64,000 bases of DNA from Coriobacteriia bacterium (GTDB taxonomy: Bacteria > Actinomycetota > Coriobacteriia > Anaerosomatales > JAAXUF01): NCBI GenBank assembly GCA_013336165.1, contig JAAXUF010000008.1, forward strand, positions 4,538-68,537, in the 5' to 3' direction. How positions within the stretch are numbered: position 1 is the stretch's first letter; each line of letters starts with the position of its first letter. Positions 10,022-18,137 of this stretch are shown here, in pieces. The position numbers were made by a program, and so were the translations under genes. The notes under the pieces are model-generated. The model was given only the letters and a program-made list of their open reading frames with translations, did no database searches and was not told where the DNA came from.

Positions 10022-11314
10022 ATGGCTTCGCCGATCAATGCACGCGCACCCAAAGGCACCGCCGACATGCTCCCGCAGACCGCCAAAGTCTGGGAGCATT
10101 TGACGCGCACCGCCCAGGAACTGTTCGCCCGCTATGGCTACGAACCCATCTACACACCTGCATTCGAGCACACCGAGGTCTTCACGCGCGGTATCGGCGA
10201 GGCTACAGACATCGTCTCCAAGGAGATGTACACCTTCACCGACCGCTCTGAGCGCTCCCTGACACTGCGTCCCGAGAACACCGCCAGCGTGGTTCGCTCG
10301 GCGCTGGAGCACAGTCTTGCGGGGACGGGCAGCCCAGCGCTCAAGGTCTACTACGCCGGCCCGATGTTTCGCTACGAACGCCCACAGAAGGGCCGCATGC
10401 GGCAGTTCTGGCAGATCGGCGTCGAGCAGATCGGCTCGGCAGAGCCCACGGCGGACGCGGAAGTCATCGCACTGTTGTGGCGATTCTTCGAGGCTGTCGG
10501 CGTTCCGGTCGCGAACATGCGGCTTCTGCTCAACTCGATGGGCGATGAGAACTGCCGCCCGGCATACCGCGACAAGATCGCGGGCTTCATTCGCGATCAC
10601 TCCGCCGACCTGTGCGAAGAGTGCAACCGCCGAGCCGACACCAACCCGTTGCGCGCATTCGACTGCAAGAATCCCGGGTGCGCGGCGATCATGGCCGAGG
10701 CACCCAAGCTGGTCGATGAGCTTTGCGATGACTGTCGCTCGCACTACGCGGCCGTCAAGCTGCTGCTGGATGGTCTCGGCATCCCGTACGTCGAGGACCC
10801 GTCGCTAGTGCGCGGCCTCGACTACTACACCCGCACCGTGTTCGAGGTGCAGGTCGATGCCGGGCTTGGCAGCCAGAACGCTATTGGCGGAGGCGGCCGA
10901 TACGACCGCCTGATGCAGGAGTATGGCGGTCCGGCGACGCCTGGCCTCGGCTTCGCGCTTGGTTTCGAGCGCACGCTGCTTGCGTTGCAGGCCGCGGGTG
11001 TCGAGTCCGCGAGCCTCCCGCTCGCCGAGGTCTATGTCGCCAAGGTCGATGATTCCGTGACGGCTGCGGCGTTCGCGCTTGTCTCGGCGTTGCGCGATGC
11101 GGGTCTTGCCGCCGAGATGGACCATCAGGGGCGCTCGCTCAAGTCGCAGTTCAAGCAGGCGGACCGGCTCGGTGCGAAGTTCGTGGCGATTCTTGGCCCC
11201 GACGAGTTCGCGGCGGGCGAAGTGACGGTGCGTAACATGGGAACGAAGGAAGAGATACGCGTTTCGCTTGGGGACGTTGCCGGCACCGTCGGCGGGCTCC
11301 TCGAAGCACGTTAG
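10022..11314 (+). CDS. hisS: Histidine--tRNA ligase
   Basis: ORF 9935..11314 trimmed to ATG 10022 ('MASPINARAPKGTADMLP'). Class II motifs are present: 'YYAGPMFRYERPQKGRMRQFWQ' and 'GGGGRYD'. A C-terminal anticodon-binding domain follows. Confidence 0.95.
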   Translation: MASPINARAPKGTADMLPQTAKVWEHLTRTAQELFARYGYEPIYTPAFEHTEVFTRGIGEATDIVSKEMYTFTDRSERSLTLRPENTASVVRSALEHSLAGTGSPALKVYYAGPMFRYERPQKGRMRQFWQIGVEQIGSAEPTADAEVIALLWRFFEAVGVPVANMRLLLNSMGDENCRPAYRDKIAGFIRDHSADLCEECNRRADTNPLRAFDCKNPGCAAIMAEAPKLVDELCDDCRSHYAAVKLLLDGLGIPYVEDPSLVRGLDYYTRTVFEVQVDAGLGSQNAIGGGGRYDRLMQEYGGPATPGLGFALGFERTLLALQAAGVESASLPLAEVYVAKVDDSVTAAAFALVSALRDAGLAAEMDHQGRSLKSQFKQADRLGAKFVAILGPDEFAAGEVTVRNMGTKEEIRVSLGDVAGTVGGLLEAR

Positions 11315-11363
11315 TTCTCCAAGTGGCGCCGTGGCGCCCGTGAACCGGAAGGCCTGAAAAGCG

Positions 11364-13133
11364 ATGTTCGACGCTCGATACTCAATGCGCTCTCACGTGT
11401 GCGGCTCTGTGACGGCGGCACTTGTCGGCAAAGAAGTCCGGATCTGCGGATGGGTGGCCAAGCGCCGCGACCACGGTGGGCTGATCTTCATCGACGTGCG
11501 CGATCGGAGTGGGATCGTGCAGTGCACGTTTGATCCCGAGGGCTCGCGCGAGGCGTTCATCGTCGCCGAGGCTGTGCGCCCCGAATGGGTCGTCGAGCTC
11601 AGTGGCGTTGTGCGCCGCCGTCCCGAGGGGACCGTGAATGCGAACATGCCGACGGGCGAGGTCGAGGTCGCGATCACCGGCGCTCGCGTGCTCAACCAGA
11701 GCGTGACGCCACCCTTCGAGATCGAGGCCGGCATAGACACGGACGAACTCACGCGCCTGAAGTGGCGTTATCTCGATATCCGCCGCCCCGAGGTCCTCTC
11801 GGCGCTGGTGTTACGCGATCGAGTGACGCAGAGATTCCGCAAGTCACTCGAGCACAAAGGCTTCATGGAGGTCGAGACGCCGATTCTGGGTCGCTCGACG
11901 CCGGAAGGCGCGCGCGATTTCATCGTGCCGAGCCGGCTTTCCCCGGGCAAGTTCTACGCGTTGCCGCAGTCGCCGCAGCTCTTCAAGCAGCTGCTGATGG
12001 TCGGCGGCATCGAGCGCTACTACCAGATAGCGCGCTGCTTCCGCGATGAGGACTTGCGCGCCGACCGCCAGCCCGAGTTCACGCAAGTCGACATCGAGAT
12101 GTCGTTCGTCGGGCAGGAAGACGTCCTGGTGATGATGGAGGACACCATGCGCGACGTCATGGCCGAGGCCGGCGTCGACCTGCAGATACCGCTGCCGAGG
12201 ATCACGTGGCATGAGTCGATAGAGCGCTACGGTTGCGACCGTCCGGACGTGCGCTTCGGCCTCGAGTTGGTTGACGTGTCGCCGGTGTTCTCGGCAAGCG
12301 AGTTCAAGGTGTTCGCGGGGGCGCTTTCCGGCGGGGGAGCGATCAAGGCGATCAACGCCAAGGGCGCGGGCGATTGGAGCCGCGGCAAGATCGACGCGCT
12401 CAATCAGGCCGCTATCGACGCGGGCGCCAAGGGTCTCGCGTGGGTCGCGTTCACGACCGGAGGCGACGTGAAGAGCCCGGTCGCGAAATTCTTCACCGAG
12501 GCCGAGATGACCGGACTGCGCGAGACGCTGGCCGTTGAGCCGGGCGATCTCGTGGTCATGGTCGCCGATGCGCGCAAGGTCGCAAACGACGTTCTCGGCG
12601 TGCTGCGGTTGAAGCTCGCCGATGAGCTCGGCATCGAGCGCAAGGGTTTTGCGACGCTGTGGGTGCTCGGCTTCCCGCTGTTCACGTGGGACGACGAGCT
12701 GGACCGCTGGGACGCGAGTCACAACCCCTTCATGCTCCCGTACGCCGAGCACGTCGACTCACTCGAGGAGTCGCCGGGTTCAGCGCTGGGCTACAGCTAC
12801 GACCTCGTGATGAACGGCTACGAGATCGGCGGCGGCACGCTGCGTATTCCGAACTCCGAGCTGCAGATGCGCATCTTCAAGATCATCGGCCTGTCCCACG
12901 AGGAGGCCCGCGAGCAGTTCGGCTTCCTGCTCGACGCGCTCTCGTTCGGTGCACCCCCTCACGGCGGGATCGCGCTAGGCCTCGACCGACTGATCATGCT
13001 GCTCAACGGTTCGCACTCGATCCGCGATGTCATCGCCTTCCCGAAGACCTCCTCGGGCGGCGACCCGATGACGCTGGCGCCGGATGTGGTTTCGGCGAGG
13101 CAGCTCAAAGACGTGCGCCTGCGGGTCGACTAG
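11364..13133 (+). CDS. aspS: Aspartate--tRNA ligase (bacterial type; discriminating status not determinable by eye)
   Basis: 589 aa. Shows 'GWVAKRRDHGGLIFIDVRDRSG' (OB fold), 'FYALPQSPQLFKQLLM', 'QIARCFRDEDLRADRQPEFTQ', and 'GGGTLRI...PPHGGIALGLDR'. ATG 11385 is an alternative start. Confidence 0.95.
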   Translation: MFDARYSMRSHVCGSVTAALVGKEVRICGWVAKRRDHGGLIFIDVRDRSGIVQCTFDPEGSREAFIVAEAVRPEWVVELSGVVRRRPEGTVNANMPTGEVEVAITGARVLNQSVTPPFEIEAGIDTDELTRLKWRYLDIRRPEVLSALVLRDRVTQRFRKSLEHKGFMEVETPILGRSTPEGARDFIVPSRLSPGKFYALPQSPQLFKQLLMVGGIERYYQIARCFRDEDLRADRQPEFTQVDIEMSFVGQEDVLVMMEDTMRDVMAEAGVDLQIPLPRITWHESIERYGCDRPDVRFGLELVDVSPVFSASEFKVFAGALSGGGAIKAINAKGAGDWSRGKIDALNQAAIDAGAKGLAWVAFTTGGDVKSPVAKFFTEAEMTGLRETLAVEPGDLVVMVADARKVANDVLGVLRLKLADELGIERKGFATLWVLGFPLFTWDDELDRWDASHNPFMLPYAEHVDSLEESPGSALGYSYDLVMNGYEIGGGTLRIPNSELQMRIFKIIGLSHEEAREQFGFLLDALSFGAPPHGGIALGLDRLIMLLNGSHSIRDVIAFPKTSSGGDPMTLAPDVVSARQLKDVRLRVD

Positions 13134-13413
13134 CCACGGCCTTTCGCGACCGTTTGTCCGGTGTGATGTTGGCGCGCAACGCTGTGGGGTTTACACTAAC
13201 GATAGGCTCCGCCTTGTTCGTGGCTTGGCGCATACGGTCGAACCAATACTTCTCTATCGGGAGCTTCATATCCTGAGGCGGGAAGGTATCCTTTCCTGAT
13301 GGAAGGGAAGCTTCTTTTAGCCGATGTGCGAGCACCCACCTGCTAAGGCAGGTTCACCTTGTCAGGCCACGAACAAGACGAAGCAACCGGTATTCTTTGA
13401 GGGAGGACATCCG

Positions 13414-13974
13414 ATGCGCAGACTCGTCGCCGTACTCGCCCTTGCGTCGTTGACGCTTGCGGTTGTCGGCTGCACCAGCACGCCGACGTCGACGGCCACC
13501 ACACCTGCAGCGACCGCTGCGCCGGTCGTGACGGCATCCGCAACCCCCAAAATCTCGGGATCGGGTTCGATATTCGTGCCGCTCCCCAAGGGCGACTTCA
13601 TCTCCGCCGACCTCCAGAAGTCACTGGATGCCAAGCATGCGGTGCTCATCTACTTCTACAACTCCAAGCAAGACACGAGCACTGAGAGCCGCAAGATCAT
13701 CGATTCGGTTCTCGCCGCGAATGCCGGATTGGTCGATGTCGTCACCTACGACATCAGCAAGTATGCGACCTGGAGCGGTGGGGTCGTCACAATCGATCCG
13801 GCATACGCCAGCGACAAGGCCGCTGTTGCGGCGGTCGGTCTGACTCGAGCGCTTGGCGTGACGTTCATCCCCGCGACCATCGTGATCGACAAGCAGGGCT
13901 ACGTGACCTACGCGCGAGAGGGTCTCATCGACCGCGAGTTCCTCACACGCGAGATCTTCCGCGCGGCTAAGTAG
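13414..13974 (+). CDS. Lipoprotein, possibly with a thioredoxin-like fold
   Basis: ORF 13324..13974 trimmed to ATG 13414, preceded by the RBS 'gagggagg'. The signal peptide 'MRRLVAVLALASLTLAVVGC' carries a lipobox Cys. A T/A/P-rich linker follows. The C-terminal 'VLIYFY...FIPATIVIDKQGYV' resembles TlpA/thioredoxin-like folds, but I saw no CxxC motif. Confidence 0.6.
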   Translation: MRRLVAVLALASLTLAVVGCTSTPTSTATTPAATAAPVVTASATPKISGSGSIFVPLPKGDFISADLQKSLDAKHAVLIYFYNSKQDTSTESRKIIDSVLAANAGLVDVVTYDISKYATWSGGVVTIDPAYASDKAAVAAVGLTRALGVTFIPATIVIDKQGYVTYAREGLIDREFLTREIFRAAK

Positions 13975-13985
13975 TAAGACGGCCT

Positions 13986-15329
13986 ATGCGGTCGCTCTTC
14001 GATGAAGGGGCCGACGAGGCGCGGGCCAAAGCCGCACCGCTTGCGGCACGCATGCGCCCACGCACGCTCGACGAATTCGTTGGGCAGTCCGACGTCGTAG
14101 GCCCGGGCACTTGGCTGCGCCGCGCCATCGCCGAGGACACGCTGTCATCGGTCATTCTCTACGGTCCGGCGGGCACCGGGAAGACGTCGCTCGCCCGCAT
14201 CATCGCTTCGGCGACCCACGCCCATTTCGAAGAGGTCTCGGCTGTGACCGCCGGTGTCGCCGAGTTGCGCAAGGCGATCGCGGAAGCCTCGGACCGCCTC
14301 GGCTTGCAGGAGCGGCGTACGATCCTGTTCATCGACGAGATCCACCGGTTCTCGAAGTCGCAGCAAGACGCGCTTCTGCACGCGGTCGAGGATCGCATCG
14401 TCATCATGGTGGGCGCCACCACCGAGAACCCCTTCTTCGAGGTCAACGCACCCTTGATCAGCCGATCGCGCGTGATCGTCTTAAATGTGCTCTTCGACGA
14501 TGATGTGCGCGAGATCGTTCGCCGGGCGGTGATCGACGATCGCGGGCTGGCGGGCAAGGCGCGGCTGACGCCGGAAGCCGAAGACGCCATCGTCAATGAG
14601 GCCGGCGGAGACGCTCGTGTTGCGCTGACCACGCTCGAGCTGGCCGCGGGGGAGGCTCGCAACGCCACGGTAGGCGCGGACGGCGTTTGCGTCATCGGCA
14701 TCGACGAGGTCCGCAAGACATCGTCTTCTCGGCTGCTGCCGTACGACAAGCGCGGCGACGTGCACTACGACGTGATCTCGGCGTTCATCAAGTCGATGCG
14801 GGGGAGCGATCCTGATGCCGCGGTCTACTGGCTCGCTCGCATGATCCACGGTGGCGAGGATCCCAAGTTCATCGCGCGGCGCATGATGATCTTCGCGTCT
14901 GAGGATGTGGGCAACGCCGAACCGCAGGCGCTCCTGATCGCTCACGCAGCATTCAAGGCCGCCGAGTCCATCGGCTGGCCCGAGGCACGCATCAACCTGG
15001 CTCAGGCCGCGGTGTACCTCGCGCTTGCCCCGAAGAGCAACGTGGCTTGTGTTGCGATTGACGCCGCGCTCGCCGAGATCCGCAAAGGTCCAGCTCAGGG
15101 CGTGCCCAACCATCTTCGTGACCGTCATCGGCCGGGCGCCGAGGGGTACGGCCCCTACCGGTATCCGCATTCGTATCCGGATGCGATCGTGCAGCAGCGC
15201 TATCTTCCTGAAGGTCTGGAGCGGGGAGCCTTCTACACCTCTTCGCCGAGAGGCTGGGAGGCCGCTCGCTCGCGGGAGCTCGGCCGCTTGCGTGACGCTG
15301 ATATCGCTCGCGATGAGCGCGACGTCTGA
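13986..15329 (+). CDS. rarA: Replication-associated recombination protein A (AAA+ ATPase RarA/MgsA)
   Basis: 'LAARMRPRTLDEFVGQ', Walker A 'GPAGTGKTSLA', Walker B 'ILFIDEIHRF', and the C-terminal MgsA block 'HYDVISAFIKSMRGSDPDAAVYWLARM'. Confidence 0.9.
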   Translation: MRSLFDEGADEARAKAAPLAARMRPRTLDEFVGQSDVVGPGTWLRRAIAEDTLSSVILYGPAGTGKTSLARIIASATHAHFEEVSAVTAGVAELRKAIAEASDRLGLQERRTILFIDEIHRFSKSQQDALLHAVEDRIVIMVGATTENPFFEVNAPLISRSRVIVLNVLFDDDVREIVRRAVIDDRGLAGKARLTPEAEDAIVNEAGGDARVALTTLELAAGEARNATVGADGVCVIGIDEVRKTSSSRLLPYDKRGDVHYDVISAFIKSMRGSDPDAAVYWLARMIHGGEDPKFIARRMMIFASEDVGNAEPQALLIAHAAFKAAESIGWPEARINLAQAAVYLALAPKSNVACVAIDAALAEIRKGPAQGVPNHLRDRHRPGAEGYGPYRYPHSYPDAIVQQRYLPEGLERGAFYTSSPRGWEAARSRELGRLRDADIARDERDV

Positions 15330-15371
15330 TACACTGAAGTCCAATCTCGGAACTGATGTATCGGAGGCCGC

Positions 15372-15728
15372 ATGGACCCCGTCAACATACTTCTCGGCAT
15401 ATTGCTCGTGGTAGCCACCGTCCTGTGCTGCTTTGCGATATGGGCTTTGACTCAAGTTGTTTCGACGGCACGGTCCGTGAAGACCCTCGCGGATGACATG
15501 GATGTCCGGCTTGTGCCGCTCCTCGACAAGGCCGACGTGACCGTTGATGCCCTAAACGCCGAGTTGCTCCGTGTCGACGGCATAGTCGGTCAGTTCGAGC
15601 AGATCGGCGACCGCGTGAGCGGGGCGTCTCGGGCGGTTCAGGAAGTCACCAGCGCTCCCGGCGAAATCGTGGGCGAGATCGCTGACCGCGTCAGGCATGC
15701 CTGGCGTTCCCGCAAGTCTCGGCCGTAG
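15372..15728 (+). CDS. DUF948-like small membrane protein
   Basis: An N-terminal TM helix is followed by a coiled-coil-like region 'LADDMDVRLVPLLDKADVTVDALNAEL', the pattern I associate with DUF948. Confidence 0.55.
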   Translation: MDPVNILLGILLVVATVLCCFAIWALTQVVSTARSVKTLADDMDVRLVPLLDKADVTVDALNAELLRVDGIVGQFEQIGDRVSGASRAVQEVTSAPGEIVGEIADRVRHAWRSRKSRP

Positions 15729-15749
15729 CAGACCCAAACGGAGGCTCAC

Positions 15750-16148
15750 ATGGCACATGACCGCGTCACTCTCACGGTTCCCGCGAAGAGTGAATACGCC
15801 AAGACCGTTCGTATGACGGCCGCCGCTCTGGTCGGCCACTTCGAGATGACGTACGACGAAGTTGACGACGTGCGCATGGCCGCCGACGAAGCGTTCGTAT
15901 ACGCAGCTGAAACTGTACCCGAGGGCGCGGACGTGAAGTTCGAGTTCACGCTCGGCGACGATTCGATCGCGATCGACGTATTGCTTGGCCGGGAGATTCC
16001 GGATGCGGACAATGGGGTCGAGCGCAGTGTGGCCTACGCCGTGTTCATCCTCGAAGCCGTCTGTGACAGCTACGAATTCGCGAGCGATGAGGCGGGCGCG
16101 CATCTGCGTATCGTGAAGCGGGTCGGGAACGCCGATGCCAACGACTAG
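15750..16148 (+). CDS. Putative anti-sigma regulatory factor (short, degenerate HATPase-like)
   Basis: 132 aa, overlapping the downstream sigma gene by 14 nt. 'LTVPAKSEYAKTVRMTAAAL' resembles the N-terminal part of RsbW/SpoIIAB-type anti-sigma factors. I cannot see the N-box Asn or the G-boxes. Confidence 0.5.
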   Translation: MAHDRVTLTVPAKSEYAKTVRMTAAALVGHFEMTYDEVDDVRMAADEAFVYAAETVPEGADVKFEFTLGDDSIAIDVLLGREIPDADNGVERSVAYAVFILEAVCDSYEFASDEAGAHLRIVKRVGNADAND

Positions 16149-16923
16149 GAGCGGTCCTGTCAAGCAGGTCCGCAGACTCTCTTGGGACAAGGCCTATACC
16201 AGGGAACTCTTCGGCAGGTTTCGCCTCAATGCGGACGAGGAGGCTCGTGACGAACTCGTCACGATGTACCTGAATCTGGTGAAGTATCTTGCCAGCCGTT
16301 TTCGCAACCGGGGCGAGCCGATGGACGACCTCGTCCAGGTCGGTACGATCGGCCTCATCAAGGCGATCGACCGCTTCGACCTCGACCGGCAACTCGAGTT
16401 CACAACGTACGCCACCCCAACGATCGTCGGCGAGATCAAACGTCACTTTCGCGACAAGGGCTGGGCTATCAAGGTTCCTCGGCGGCTCCAGGAGCTGTCG
16501 TTCAAGGTCAATCAGGCCGTAGACGCACTCACGCAGTCCCAGCAGCGCTCTCCAACCATCGCCGAGATCGCTGACTACCTTGGGGTGACCTCGGAAGAAG
16601 TGCTTGAGGCGATGGAGACCAGCGAGGCGTATAACTTCGTGTCGCTTGAGACGGATCGCAACGGCGAGGGTTCGGACTCCTTCAGCATCCTGGAATATGT
16701 GGGCAAGGACGATGCGTTGATGTCGGTCGTCGAGGACCGCACCACGTTGGCCGCCGCCTTCACCAAGCTCACACCGCAAGAGCAGCAGGTGCTTTACCTG
16801 AGATTTTTCCAGGGACTCACCCAGACCGAGATCGCCGAGAAACTCGACATCTCGCAAATGCAGGTTTCACGTCTGTTGCGGCGGACGCTCAAGGTCCTGC
16901 GCGAGAACATAGTGAAGGACTGA
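16135..16923 (+). CDS. SigB/SigF/SigG-family (group 3) RNA polymerase sigma factor
   Basis: Region 2 is 'DDLVQVGTIGLIKAIDRFD...FTTYATPTIVGEIKRHFRD'. Region 4 is 'LTQTEIAEKLDISQMQVSRL'. Confidence 0.9.
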   Translation: MPTTRSGPVKQVRRLSWDKAYTRELFGRFRLNADEEARDELVTMYLNLVKYLASRFRNRGEPMDDLVQVGTIGLIKAIDRFDLDRQLEFTTYATPTIVGEIKRHFRDKGWAIKVPRRLQELSFKVNQAVDALTQSQQRSPTIAEIADYLGVTSEEVLEAMETSEAYNFVSLETDRNGEGSDSFSILEYVGKDDALMSVVEDRTTLAAAFTKLTPQEQQVLYLRFFQGLTQTEIAEKLDISQMQVSRLLRRTLKVLRENIVKD

Positions 16924-16925
16924 TC

Positions 16926-18137
16926 GTGATCACACCCGAGCAACGCTATTCAAAGTGGCGCACCACGGCGGTCATCGCTTGGGGGTCTATCGGTATTCTG
17001 GTGCTCATCGGCGCCGCCCTCGTCGGGATGTCGCACATTGTGAATGCGCTGGTTCCGTTCGCCCTCGCCCTCCTGTTTGCCTTCCTAATGCGTTCGCCCA
17101 TCAATGCGCTTGTTTCCCGGGGCTGGTCGCGCGGACTCGCCGCGCTGACTTGCATTCTGACCGTGTTCATTGTCATCGGAGGAGTGCTGACGTTCGTCAT
17201 CCCGCCGATAGGGCGTCAGACGGTCGCGTTTGTCGGCGACATACCCAAGTACCTGACTCAAGTTGAGAATCTGATCGCGAGCCTCAGCGCCCGGTTTACC
17301 TTGGCGACCCTCCCTACATGGGTCAGCGACATCTCCACGGCCATCAGCGATCAGATGTCAGGGGTCGCGCTTGCGGCTGGGAACGGAATCGCAAAGGGTG
17401 TTGTGTCTGCTGGCAGCACCATGGCGACCGGAGTCTTCGACATATTCATCGGTTTCGTGATCGCCTACTGGATACTGAGGGATCTTCCCAAGATCCGCCA
17501 GGAACTGGCAGTCTTGGCGGGGCCCAAGTACGAAAGAGATCTCGAGCATGCGCTGGCGACGATATCTCGCGTGGTCGGCGGCTACCTGAAAGGTCAGACC
17601 ATCGCATCGCTGGTTACCGGAACACTCGCGACCATCGGACTTGCGATACTTGGCGTGCCGTATGCGCTTGTGCTGGGACTAATGGTGTTCATCCTCAACT
17701 ACGTGCCCTACATTGGGCCGATGATATCGGCTCTGGTCGCCGGTCTTGTGGGCCTTCTTGTGGGCCCATGGGTGGGAGTCGGCGCTGTGGCTGTGGTCGT
17801 TGTCGCGCAGAACGTCACCGACAACTTTGTGACGCCCCGCGTCATGTCCGAGCAAGTCGACCTGCATCCGACGCTCGTGATATTCTCGCTGCTCGTCGGC
17901 GGAGCGCTTTTTGGCATTCCGGGCATGGTGCTGGCGATCCCCGTGGCTGCAACGGCGAAGGGGCTGTTCGTCTATTACTACGAGCGCAAGACGGAGCGCT
18001 CGCTGGTCAGCGACGACGGCGCGCTATTCCGCAGGCAGGCCGGTCCGGCGCCTGAAGAGCCACGAGTGGTGCAGGACGACGAATCGGCCGCTGAGACACC
18101 TGATGACATTCAAGAGAGCGCGAGGAACGATACGTGA
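16926..18137 (+). CDS. AI-2E family transporter (PerM-like permease)
   Basis: Multi-TM protein of 403 aa with 'NYVPYIGPMIS' and 'GIPGMVLAIPVAA', which are characteristic of this family. Confidence 0.8.
   Translation: MITPEQRYSKWRTTAVIAWGSIGILVLIGAALVGMSHIVNALVPFALALLFAFLMRSPINALVSRGWSRGLAALTCILTVFIVIGGVLTFVIPPIGRQTVAFVGDIPKYLTQVENLIASLSARFTLATLPTWVSDISTAISDQMSGVALAAGNGIAKGVVSAGSTMATGVFDIFIGFVIAYWILRDLPKIRQELAVLAGPKYERDLEHALATISRVVGGYLKGQTIASLVTGTLATIGLAILGVPYALVLGLMVFILNYVPYIGPMISALVAGLVGLLVGPWVGVGAVAVVVVAQNVTDNFVTPRVMSEQVDLHPTLVIFSLLVGGALFGIPGMVLAIPVAATAKGLFVYYYERKTERSLVSDDGALFRRQAGPAPEEPRVVQDDESAAETPDDIQESARNDT

Noticed and set aside
13355-13395. An SRP RNA (4.5S/scRNA) helix-8-like string, 'gtcaggcc...gaa..gaagcaacc'
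   Set aside because: The resemblance to 'GUCAGGUCCGGAAGGAAGCAGC' is superficial. The segment does not form the GNRA-capped symmetric and asymmetric loop helix. Instead 'cttgt/acaag' folds locally, and the stretch pairs with 13213-13226. It is kept only as part of an unclassified structured region.
13134-13413. A tRNA in the long aspS-lipoprotein gap ('ggtcgaacc', a T-loop-like string, on either strand)
   Set aside because: I could not build a T-arm or acceptor stem around it on either strand, and there is no cloverleaf. No other intergenic gap in the window is long enough for a tRNA, apart from 59217-59494, which also lacks tRNA features.
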